From an uncultured virus (IMG/VR IMGVR_UViG_3300033571_018919) (lineage: Duplodnaviria > Heunggongvirae > Uroviricota > Caudoviricetes), in the IMG/VR virus record IMGVR_UViG_3300033571_018919, positions 62,001 to 126,000 of that record: a stretch of 64,000 nt of DNA; one strand, written 5' to 3'. Both the position numbers and the translations under genes were made by a program. Below, piece after piece: positions 18,081-26,281 of the stretch (position 1 is its first letter; every line of letters starts with the position of its first letter). The notes under the pieces are model-generated. The model had not been told where the DNA came from and did not search any database. It saw only the letters and a program-made list of their open reading frames with translations.

Positions 18081-19472
18081 ATGGTAAATTTATTAGTAGT
18101 ATTACAAAGTCATAGTAAATCTAATAATCAAAAACAGATTACTAGATATATGTCTAACGATAAAGCTGAAATCAGCTATCGTTGCATTAAATCTTTGATA
18201 AAATCATTAAATCATGTTTTAACAGAAAAGCCTAACGAAGTTAGAATTACACTTCAAATATTAGATGATCATAGTGACAGTAGTTTTTTAGATAAGCTTC
18301 AACAATTGATGAAGGACTGTAAGTTTGAGGTAAATCTAAAACATTTAGACACCTATGGAATAATGCCTAGTATTTTAGCGTGTTATGAGTATGGCAGAGA
18401 CCATGGAAAAGATTTAGTTTATTTCGCACAGGATGATTATCTTTACTATGAAACTTGTATTTTTGAAATGATTGATGCGTATTTTAGGTTTACAGAAAAA
18501 TCAAAACTTCCTGTATGCATTTATCCTTTTGATGATCCTTATAGATATGGTATTCCAGTCGATAGACAACCAATGGTTACAGTACATTTAGGAATAAAAC
18601 GACACTGGAGAACAGCGTTTGGTACAGCAAGTTGTTTTATGGTAGACCATGCTACACTAATAAAACATTTTGATTTATTTGACGCTATGGGAAATCACCC
18701 TGTTAATAATATAATGGAAGATTCAACTATTAACAGATTGTTTAGTGAACGAGGATGTCTACTTTTTACTCCCATACCTAGTTTAGCCCTACACGCACAA
18801 GCTGACACAGAAAAAGATCCTTATATCGATTGGAAAGAATTATGGGATCAATTCGCCGAAGATACTAAACAAAATTATAAACATTTATTTCAAACTGATA
18901 AAAAAATTGTTTTAAATTTGGGAGCCGGCAGCACTTCGGTTCATAGACAAACACTATTGTTTAAAGATTACAAAGAATTAACAGTTGATGTTAAAATAGC
19001 TGAACCAGATATAGTTGATGATATTGTGACATTGAACAATATTCCAGATGAGACTGTAGATGCTTTTTGGGCCTGCCATGTTGTGGAACATGTCTATTAT
19101 CATAAATTACCAAAAATGTTTAATTCTATGGTAAGAGTATTAAAAAAAGATGGATTTGGTATTATTCGTGTACCTGACATAGGATCAATCGCACATATGA
19201 TTGAAGATGATTTGTTTACACCTGTCTATGATAGCAGTGTCGGACCTATATGTCCGATAGATATTTTATATAGTTCACGTGTCTTAGTTGAAAAGTACGG
19301 AGAACCAATGGCACATAAAACAGGATTTACATTAAAATCTATGAATAGTATCTTACAGGACTTAAATATAAAAGCTTTCACCAATAAAGTTAATGGTGAA
19401 ATCGTAGCAATTTTGTTCAAGGATGTAAGTCCTGAACATTTATTTTCAAACCCTAATTTTAAATTTATATGA
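18081..19472 (+). CDS. GT-A glycosyltransferase fused to a class I methyltransferase domain
   Basis: ILDDHS and YFAQDDYL in the N-half; VLNLGAG...HVVEH...RVLKKDG...VPD in the C-half. Confidence 0.7.
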   Translation: MVNLLVVLQSHSKSNNQKQITRYMSNDKAEISYRCIKSLIKSLNHVLTEKPNEVRITLQILDDHSDSSFLDKLQQLMKDCKFEVNLKHLDTYGIMPSILACYEYGRDHGKDLVYFAQDDYLYYETCIFEMIDAYFRFTEKSKLPVCIYPFDDPYRYGIPVDRQPMVTVHLGIKRHWRTAFGTASCFMVDHATLIKHFDLFDAMGNHPVNNIMEDSTINRLFSERGCLLFTPIPSLALHAQADTEKDPYIDWKELWDQFAEDTKQNYKHLFQTDKKIVLNLGAGSTSVHRQTLLFKDYKELTVDVKIAEPDIVDDIVTLNNIPDETVDAFWACHVVEHVYYHKLPKMFNSMVRVLKKDGFGIIRVPDIGSIAHMIEDDLFTPVYDSSVGPICPIDILYSSRVLVEKYGEPMAHKTGFTLKSMNSILQDLNIKAFTNKVNGEIVAILFKDVSPEHLFSNPNFKFI

Positions 19473-19864
19473 AAAAAATATTTATAAACGGCACATTCGA
19501 CATTTTGCATAGAGGCCATTTAGAGTTATTGAACTATGCTAGAAATTTAGGAGATGAATTAAGCGTAGCTATAGATAGTGATGCCCGAGTCAAAAAACTT
19601 AAAGGTAAAGACAGACCAATTAATAGTCAAGAAGAAAGAGCATTGATGTTAATAAATCTAAAAGCAGTAGATAAAGTGTATCTGTTTGATACTGACAAAG
19701 ATTTAGTAAAATTAATTAGTGAACATGACGTTATGGTTAAGGGATCCGATTATAAAGATAAAAAAATAATTGGACAAGATGAATGCAAAGAATTAGTATT
19801 TTTTGAATATATAGATGGATACAGTACAACAGAAAAAATTCAAGATATTACTACTAGGGGATAA
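19469..19864 (+). CDS. rfaE2: Cytidylyltransferase-family nucleotidyltransferase (RfaE/HldE domain II, heptose-1-phosphate adenylyltransferase-like)
   Basis: NGTFDILHRGH, DSDARVKKLKGKDRPIN, KGSDY and GYSTT motifs. Confidence 0.85.
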   Translation: MKKIFINGTFDILHRGHLELLNYARNLGDELSVAIDSDARVKKLKGKDRPINSQEERALMLINLKAVDKVYLFDTDKDLVKLISEHDVMVKGSDYKDKKIIGQDECKELVFFEYIDGYSTTEKIQDITTRG

Positions 19865-20567
19865 TGGTATTGATCAATATCAATATGGAACGGTGACGAG
19901 AATTAGTCCTGAAGCTCCTGTACCTGTATTGAATTATACACATACTGTAACCAAACCTGGCATGGCAGCTAATGTTAAGGACAATCTTGAAAAACTAAAC
20001 TGCCAAGTTGAATTCATTCATGGGATAAAAACGTCTATTAAAACTAGAGTTATAGATAGCAAAACCAAACATCATTTAATTAGGATAGATCAGGATTCTC
20101 CGAGTAAAGTGATTAAGATAGATTACAAAAGCCTATCACAATATGATGCAATAATAATCAGTGACTATAATAAAGGATCAATTGAATATGAAACAATCGA
20201 AAAAGTTCGTGAAAACTATGATGGTCCTATTTTTGTTGACACAAAAAAAACAGATTTAGTTAGATGTGAGGGATGTTATGTCAAAATCAATCAATCAGAG
20301 TTTGAGGCAGCAAAAACATATCCCACAGATTTAATAGTTACGAACGGAGATAAAGGTGTTAAATATAAAAATCAAACATTTAAAATTCCTAAAATAGAAG
20401 CTTTTGATGTTTGTGGAGCCGGAGATACGTTTTTAGCATCTCTTGCTTATAAGTATTGCGAAACTAAAGATATTATTGCTTCCATAAATTTTGCTATAAA
20501 AGCAGCAAATGTCACAATCCAGCATATAGGTGTTTACAGTCCAACATTAGAAGAAATAGAAAAATAA
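19815..20567 (+). CDS. rfaE1: PfkB-family sugar kinase (RfaE/HldE domain I, heptose-7-phosphate kinase-like)
   Basis: RISPEAPVPV, GMAANV, ISDYNKG and DVCGAGDTF motifs. Confidence 0.85.
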   Translation: MDTVQQKKFKILLLGDNGIDQYQYGTVTRISPEAPVPVLNYTHTVTKPGMAANVKDNLEKLNCQVEFIHGIKTSIKTRVIDSKTKHHLIRIDQDSPSKVIKIDYKSLSQYDAIIISDYNKGSIEYETIEKVRENYDGPIFVDTKKTDLVRCEGCYVKINQSEFEAAKTYPTDLIVTNGDKGVKYKNQTFKIPKIEAFDVCGAGDTFLASLAYKYCETKDIIASINFAIKAANVTIQHIGVYSPTLEEIEK

Positions 20568-20568
20568 T

Positions 20569-20946
20569 ATGACAAGACTAGAAGGTTATGTAGAAAAAGG
20601 TTGGGGCCATGAATTAATATGGGCTACCAACGATCAGTACTGTGGGAAGTTATTGAAATTTAACACAGGTGCAAAATTTAGTATGCATTTTCATGCTAAA
20701 AAAGATGAATCTTGGTATGTATTAGATGGGTCGTTTATCGTTAAAGTTATTGACACTAACAATGCCAACATGCACGAATGTAAACTTGAGCAAGGTATGA
20801 CATGGAGAAATCTACCATTAGTGCCTCATCAAATAGAGTGCATTGAAGCAGGAACTATTATTGAAGTTAGTACTCCAGATAGTGTAGAAGATAATTTTAG
20901 AGTAATGCCAGGAGACAGTCAAAAAAATGAATATATTCCAAACTGA
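20569..20946 (+). CDS. Cupin protein (mannose-6-phosphate isomerase/sugar isomerase-like)
   Basis: VEKGWGHELIW...SMHFH..KDESWYV...PH...EVST cupin motifs. Confidence 0.75.
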   Translation: MTRLEGYVEKGWGHELIWATNDQYCGKLLKFNTGAKFSMHFHAKKDESWYVLDGSFIVKVIDTNNANMHECKLEQGMTWRNLPLVPHQIECIEAGTIIEVSTPDSVEDNFRVMPGDSQKNEYIPN

Positions 20947-21361
20947 CTACGACACAAGATTACAGGATTGGTATAATCTTAAACAATCGTCTAGGGAGTT
21001 AGATATACTTGAAAAGTGTGTAAAGATTGATAATTGGTGGCAAAAAGCACCTTTAGTAAACCGTTATTTACATACAATGGATACAGATTCTTGGCCTGAT
21101 CCTTGGGAACTTTTGGTAGAAAATACCTACTGTGAAGTTGCAAGAGCGTTAGGAATGTGTTATACTTTATACATGACCGGCGTTAATGATATAGAAATGG
21201 TTGAAGCAACAGATAATTTAGGTAATGATGTGGTATTAGTCCTAATCGACAGTGCAAAATATATACTTAATTATTGGCCCGACACGGTAGTAAATAACTG
21301 TCTACAAGACTTTCGTATCAATCGAACAGTCAACATACAAACACTCTTACAAAAATTATAA
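20927..21361 (+). CDS. Hypothetical protein with weak transglutaminase-like cysteine protease (BTLCP/LapG) resemblance
   Basis: WPDPWELL...YCEVARALGMCYTL recalls the BTLCP WATP-E...DCEDYAIAKY-TL motif; catalytic His not evident. Confidence 0.5.
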   Translation: MNIFQTDYDTRLQDWYNLKQSSRELDILEKCVKIDNWWQKAPLVNRYLHTMDTDSWPDPWELLVENTYCEVARALGMCYTLYMTGVNDIEMVEATDNLGNDVVLVLIDSAKYILNYWPDTVVNNCLQDFRINRTVNIQTLLQKL

Positions 21362-21371
21362 TAGGTAAAAT

Positions 21372-23705
21372 ATGAATAATATCACAGTCATCAAACGCAG
21401 CGGAGAAATAGTACCATTAGATATAAGCAAAATTCAAAGACAAGTGCAATATGGATGCAGAGGAATCGAACATGTTAGTCCTAGCATGATTGAAATTAAA
21501 GCGCAAATAGAATTGCATGACGGCATTAGCACAGAAACAATTGATGAATTATTGCTTAAGGCAATGGTTGATTTGATTGATGAAACAGAAAATCCTGACA
21601 TAAACCATGTCAATTATCAGTATGTAGCAGGAAGACAAAAAGTAAGTATGTTACGTAAAGAGGTTTATGGTATATATTCTCCACCGCCATTGTATGAGAT
21701 TGTAAAGAAAAATATTGAATTAGGAATGTATACTCCTGAGTTGTTAGAATGGTATACAAAAGAAGAATGGGATATTATTGACTTATTCATTGACCACAGC
21801 AAGGACGAAAATTATACCTATGCGGCTATCGCACAATTGGCAGAAAAGTACTTAGTTCAGAACCGTGCTACTGGTCAAATCTATGAAACACCGCAAGTAA
21901 GATATGCTATTGCCGCAGCAACAGCATTTCATAACGAACCAAAGGAGAAACGATTAAAATATGTTAAAGAATATTACGAATGCGCTAGTGACGGGCATTT
22001 CACGTTGGCTACCCCTGTGTTGGCGGGTCTTGGCACAACTACAAAACAGTTTAGTAGTTGTGTCCTTATTAGTAGTGATGATACTCTTGATTCAATTTTT
22101 GCAGCTGGTGAAATGATGGCAAAATATGCTAGCAAACGTGCTGGCATAGGATTAGAGATTGGGCGTATTCGTCCAGTAGGTGCCCCTATTCGTAATGGTG
22201 AAATCAAACATACAGGCATGATTCCTTTCTTAAAGAAATGGTTTGGTGACTTACGTAGTTGTAGTCAAGGTGGTGTGCGTAATGCAAGTTGCACAGTTAC
22301 CTTTCCTGTATGGCATTATCAGTTTGAAGATTTAATTGTACTTAAAAATAATCAAGGAACAGAAGAAACACGTGTTCGTCAAATGGATTATAGTGTAGTA
22401 ATTAATAAAATGTTTTGGAATCGTTTTAAAAACAATGAAAACATTACACTGTTCGATCCTCATGAGGTACCTGATTTATACGAAGCGTTTTATAGAGATT
22501 CAGAAGAATTTGAAAAACTCTATAAAATGTATGAGCATAAGAAAAATATAAAGAAAAAAGTATTACCTGCAGTAGAGATTATCAAAAATGGTATACTGAA
22601 AGAAAGAACAGATACCGGTCGTATCTATATGGTTTTTATTGATAACGTCATAAATCAAGGCCCATTCGATACTAAATTAGATCCTATCTATCAAAGTAAT
22701 CTCTGCCAAGAAATATTGTTACCTACCCGACCATTTCAAAGAATTGAAGATGTGAACGGTAGAATAGCACTTTGCACACTTGGTAGTATTAATTGGGGAG
22801 CATTTAAAACTCCGCAAGAGATGCGCAAAGCATGTAGAGTCTTAGTCAGAAGTTTAAGTAATCTTTTAGGATATCAAGATTTCTTAAGTGTACAAAGCAA
22901 ATTAGCAAATGAAGATTTTGAGCCACTAGGTGTGGGTATTACAAATCTTGCTTATTGGCATGCAAAGCGTAACATGAAATATGGACAGGAAGATAGTTTA
23001 GCAGAAGTAAAACGTTGGATAGAACATCAGGCTTACTACTTGACAGAAATGAGTGTTGAACTAGCACAAGAGCGCGGACCATGTAAATTGAGTGGTCAAA
23101 CATATTATGGTAAAGGCATATTCCCTTGGGAAAGACGCAACAAAGGGGTCGATGAACTCACTAACTTTGCACCTAGTACAAACTTAGATTGGGAAGCATT
23201 AAGAACTAAACTGTTACAATATGGTATTAGAAATGCTACACTAATGGCTATTGCACCTGTCGAGAGTTCCAGTGTTGTACTAAACAGCACGAATGGTATT
23301 GAATTACCAATGGAATTAATTAGTGTAAAAGAAAGCAAAGCAGGTAGCTTTGTACAAGTAGTTCCTGAATATAAGCGTTTAAAAAATCGGTATCAATTAA
23401 TGTGGGAACAAAAAGATTGCGTAGACTATTTGAAAACAAGTGCTGTCTTAGCTGCATACATAGACCAAAGCATTAGTACAAATACTTTTTACAATCCTGC
23501 ATTTTACAATGGTAAAGTGCCAGGCACACTAATTGCTAAAAATTTGATGCTAGCATACAAGTGGGGAATAAAAACAATATATTATAGCCTCATTAATAAA
23601 GTTGGTGCTAAAGCAAATTTAAGTGAAGAACAAAATAACGTAGTATATTTTCAAAGTCCTAAAGAAACAGAGGACGAAGAATATTGCGAGAGTTGCGTTC
23701 TATAA
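21372..23705 (+). CDS. nrdA: Ribonucleoside-diphosphate reductase class Ia alpha subunit
   Basis: N-terminal ATP cone (VIKRSG), QFSSCVL, QSNLCQEI, ALCTLGSIN, KTIYY and C-terminal CESC; no intein or intron. Confidence 0.97.
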   Translation: MNNITVIKRSGEIVPLDISKIQRQVQYGCRGIEHVSPSMIEIKAQIELHDGISTETIDELLLKAMVDLIDETENPDINHVNYQYVAGRQKVSMLRKEVYGIYSPPPLYEIVKKNIELGMYTPELLEWYTKEEWDIIDLFIDHSKDENYTYAAIAQLAEKYLVQNRATGQIYETPQVRYAIAAATAFHNEPKEKRLKYVKEYYECASDGHFTLATPVLAGLGTTTKQFSSCVLISSDDTLDSIFAAGEMMAKYASKRAGIGLEIGRIRPVGAPIRNGEIKHTGMIPFLKKWFGDLRSCSQGGVRNASCTVTFPVWHYQFEDLIVLKNNQGTEETRVRQMDYSVVINKMFWNRFKNNENITLFDPHEVPDLYEAFYRDSEEFEKLYKMYEHKKNIKKKVLPAVEIIKNGILKERTDTGRIYMVFIDNVINQGPFDTKLDPIYQSNLCQEILLPTRPFQRIEDVNGRIALCTLGSINWGAFKTPQEMRKACRVLVRSLSNLLGYQDFLSVQSKLANEDFEPLGVGITNLAYWHAKRNMKYGQEDSLAEVKRWIEHQAYYLTEMSVELAQERGPCKLSGQTYYGKGIFPWERRNKGVDELTNFAPSTNLDWEALRTKLLQYGIRNATLMAIAPVESSSVVLNSTNGIELPMELISVKESKAGSFVQVVPEYKRLKNRYQLMWEQKDCVDYLKTSAVLAAYIDQSISTNTFYNPAFYNGKVPGTLIAKNLMLAYKWGIKTIYYSLINKVGAKANLSEEQNNVVYFQSPKETEDEEYCESCVL

Positions 23706-24352
23706 TGGCGCATTTAGTTGCTAACCTCCCACCAGTGCATTGTTATATTCGTAAAGAATTCCTTTATGATTTTACTAAAGGGTTCGGCGAATATGAACCA
23801 TGCATTTGGATTACAATAAAAAGTATTCGTGGACAAGCGTTTCGTATTGAAGCCTATTTACCTAACTATGGAGCTTTGTATGACAAGTTGCCACTTAATG
23901 CGTTTGTAAGTAGAACAGATAATTTAGATGCCGATAAATTCTTACCCTTAGACACATTACAAATATGGGATTGTTTTAGTTATGATTTTACTGTAATACA
24001 AAAGGCATTTTTAAAAAACTTAACAGCTAAATTTTACGCTAAGGATAAACAATTTTATTCAGGTAATTACTTATTCACAGTTGATCATTGCAGCCCAGAC
24101 ACAAATATAATTGATACAAGTTACAGTGAATATCCTGAGGATCACAAAAGTTTTAATTTTATAGAATTAGACAATGGACAATATGCAGCACAACCAAATA
24201 ACAGATGTATTTTCTTAGATGCAGCAAGTAATCCAAATACATTGTTATTTCCTGATTTTATAGTATGCTCTAAAAAATATGTAGTAGAAACCAATCCTAA
24301 ATGGAGTTTAGGAGACACAAACACAGTTATGTATGAAAAGGTAGAAAAATGA
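23705..24352 (+). CDS. Hypothetical protein between nrdA and nrdB
   Basis: 215-aa ORF (MAHLVANLPP...) coupled to the nrdA stop (TAATG) and the nrdB start (ATGA). Confidence 0.8.
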   Translation: MAHLVANLPPVHCYIRKEFLYDFTKGFGEYEPCIWITIKSIRGQAFRIEAYLPNYGALYDKLPLNAFVSRTDNLDADKFLPLDTLQIWDCFSYDFTVIQKAFLKNLTAKFYAKDKQFYSGNYLFTVDHCSPDTNIIDTSYSEYPEDHKSFNFIELDNGQYAAQPNNRCIFLDAASNPNTLLFPDFIVCSKKYVVETNPKWSLGDTNTVMYEKVEK

Positions 24353-25449
24353 GTAAACAACAATATGATATAGGTAAAAAGGTAAATTATTTACAAAGAA
24401 ATATGTTTTTGGATATAGAAGGGCCTGTCACAGTGCAGCGTTTTGAAGAAGTTAAATATCCAAAGATTGCAAAGTATGAAGAAACTGCACGTGGTTTCTT
24501 TTGGGTGCCAGAAGAAATTAGTTTGACTAAAGACAAGATAGACCATAAAGAAGCAAGTGATACAGTAAAGCATATTTTCACAAGCAATTTATTACGTCAA
24601 ACAGCACTCGACAGTATTCAAGGTCGTGCGCCTGCACAAGTATTTGGTCCAGTAATTAGTGTACCGGAACTTGAAGCATTAGTGAATAACTGGAGTTTCT
24701 TTGAAACTAATATTCACAGTAAATCATATTCCCACATTATTCGTAATGTATATGGAGTACCAAAAGAAGAATTCAATAAGATACACGACACAAAAGAAAT
24801 TGTTGAAATGGCATCAAATGTAGGTGAGTATTATGACAAACTACATCAACTTAACTGTAGCAAAGAAACAGGAGCTATGGTATCAGAAGATGATCACATT
24901 AAAGCTATTTGGTTAGCACTAAATGCAAGTTACGCACTTGAGGCATTGCGCTTTATGGTTAGTTTTGCTACAAGTCTTGCGATGGTAGAAAATAAAATAT
25001 TCATTGGTAATGGTAATATCATAAGTCTTATTTTACAAGACGAATTACTACATACCGAATGGACAGCATATTTAATTAATCAAGTAGTAAAAGATGATCA
25101 CAGATTTGCAAAAGCAAAACTAGACTGTGAAAAAGAAGTTTATGAAATGTATCTTAGCGTCATTAAAGAAGAAAAACAATGGGCAGAATATTTGTTTAGT
25201 AAGGGCGTAGTAATTGGACTAAACAGCGATATTCTTAAGGACTTTGTTGACTTCACAGCTTTTAATCGGTTGAAAGACATAGGCATTAAATATTTAGAGA
25301 ATCATCCAAAAAGCAGTCCTATTCCTTGGTTCAGTAAGCACGTGAACATAAACAAGAAACAGGTAGCTTTGCAAGAGAATGAATCTACTAACTACGTTAT
25401 TGGAGTTATGTCTGACGAGGTTAGTTTAGAAGAACTACCTGTACTATAA
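24349..25449 (+). CDS. nrdB: Ribonucleoside-diphosphate reductase class Ia beta subunit
   Basis: FFWVPEE, LDSIQGR, ETNIHSKSY (radical Tyr), LEALRF and DELLH di-iron ligands. Confidence 0.97.
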   Translation: MSKQQYDIGKKVNYLQRNMFLDIEGPVTVQRFEEVKYPKIAKYEETARGFFWVPEEISLTKDKIDHKEASDTVKHIFTSNLLRQTALDSIQGRAPAQVFGPVISVPELEALVNNWSFFETNIHSKSYSHIIRNVYGVPKEEFNKIHDTKEIVEMASNVGEYYDKLHQLNCSKETGAMVSEDDHIKAIWLALNASYALEALRFMVSFATSLAMVENKIFIGNGNIISLILQDELLHTEWTAYLINQVVKDDHRFAKAKLDCEKEVYEMYLSVIKEEKQWAEYLFSKGVVIGLNSDILKDFVDFTAFNRLKDIGIKYLENHPKSSPIPWFSKHVNINKKQVALQENESTNYVIGVMSDEVSLEELPVL

Positions 25450-25470
25450 AAAATAATAAAGGGGAGAAGT

Positions 25471-25701
25471 ATGCAGGCAGTAGTATGGAGCAAGTACCAC
25501 TGTCCTTTTTGTGACCAAGCAAAAGCATTATTAGAAGCAAAAGGGATAGAGTACGTAGAAAAGAAAATAGGAGATGGGTACACTAGAGAAGATTTACTAG
25601 AAGAAGTACCTACTGCAAGAACAGTACCACAAATTTTCGTAGATGGAAAACTCATAGGTGGGTTTACAGAACTAAAGAAAATGCTAATTGAAAGCAAATA
25701 A
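25471..25701 (+). CDS. Glutaredoxin
   Basis: CPFC active site, RTVPQIF and IGGF; SD GGGGAG upstream. Confidence 0.93.
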   Translation: MQAVVWSKYHCPFCDQAKALLEAKGIEYVEKKIGDGYTREDLLEEVPTARTVPQIFVDGKLIGGFTELKKMLIESK

Positions 25702-25994
25702 TGGAACTAAACAAAATTTACACATTTAAATTAAACTCAGGTGAAGAGATAATTGCTAAAATAGTAGGCGACGGTCCTAAGTTTATCGTAATACAAAACC
25801 CCGTTTCAGTAGCCCCAAACGGTAAGGGAATCGGATTAATTCCTAGCTTATTCACTGCTGATATTAACGGTGAGGCCAAGCTAAATATTAATAGTGTTAG
25901 TGTGTATGCAGAGACCGACGAAAGCATACAAACTAAGTACATTGAGATAACTACTGGAATAAGTATTCCAGATAAAAAGATTTTAGTAGGATAA
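25701..25994 (+). CDS. Hypothetical protein (possible Sm-like fold)
   Basis: 97-aa ORF with FKLNSGEEIIAK, translationally coupled to the glutaredoxin gene. Confidence 0.7.
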   Translation: MELNKIYTFKLNSGEEIIAKIVGDGPKFIVIQNPVSVAPNGKGIGLIPSLFTADINGEAKLNINSVSVYAETDESIQTKYIEITTGISIPDKKILVG

Positions 25995-25999
25995 ATTAA

Positions 26000-26281
26000 A
26001 TGCCAAAACTTAGTCGTGTAGGAGATACAGATCAGCCCGGAGGTGCGATAGTCCGTGGTGCTCAAACTGTTATCTGTAATGGAATTAAAGTAGGACTGCA
26101 TGTCAGCCCCATTACACCTCACGCCCCTTGGGGAACCCCGCACCCTCCCCATCATAATGCAGTCACAACAAACGGTAGCCCAACTGTATTCGCAGAAGGC
26201 GCACCTGTACTCAGAGTAGGATCTGGAAACAGTTGTGGACACAGTATTGTGAAGGGGAGTCCAGATGTTTTCGTGCCATGA
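26000..26281 (+). CDS. PAAR-domain spike tip protein
   Basis: SRVGD, PH...H, GSPTVFAEG.PVLRVG, CGH and GSPDVF; T4 gp5.4-like. Confidence 0.9.
   Translation: MPKLSRVGDTDQPGGAIVRGAQTVICNGIKVGLHVSPITPHAPWGTPHPPHHNAVTTNGSPTVFAEGAPVLRVGSGNSCGHSIVKGSPDVFVP

Noticed and set aside
21372..25449. Intein or group I intron in nrdA/nrdB
   Set aside because: Both ORFs are continuous and of normal length with all motifs in order
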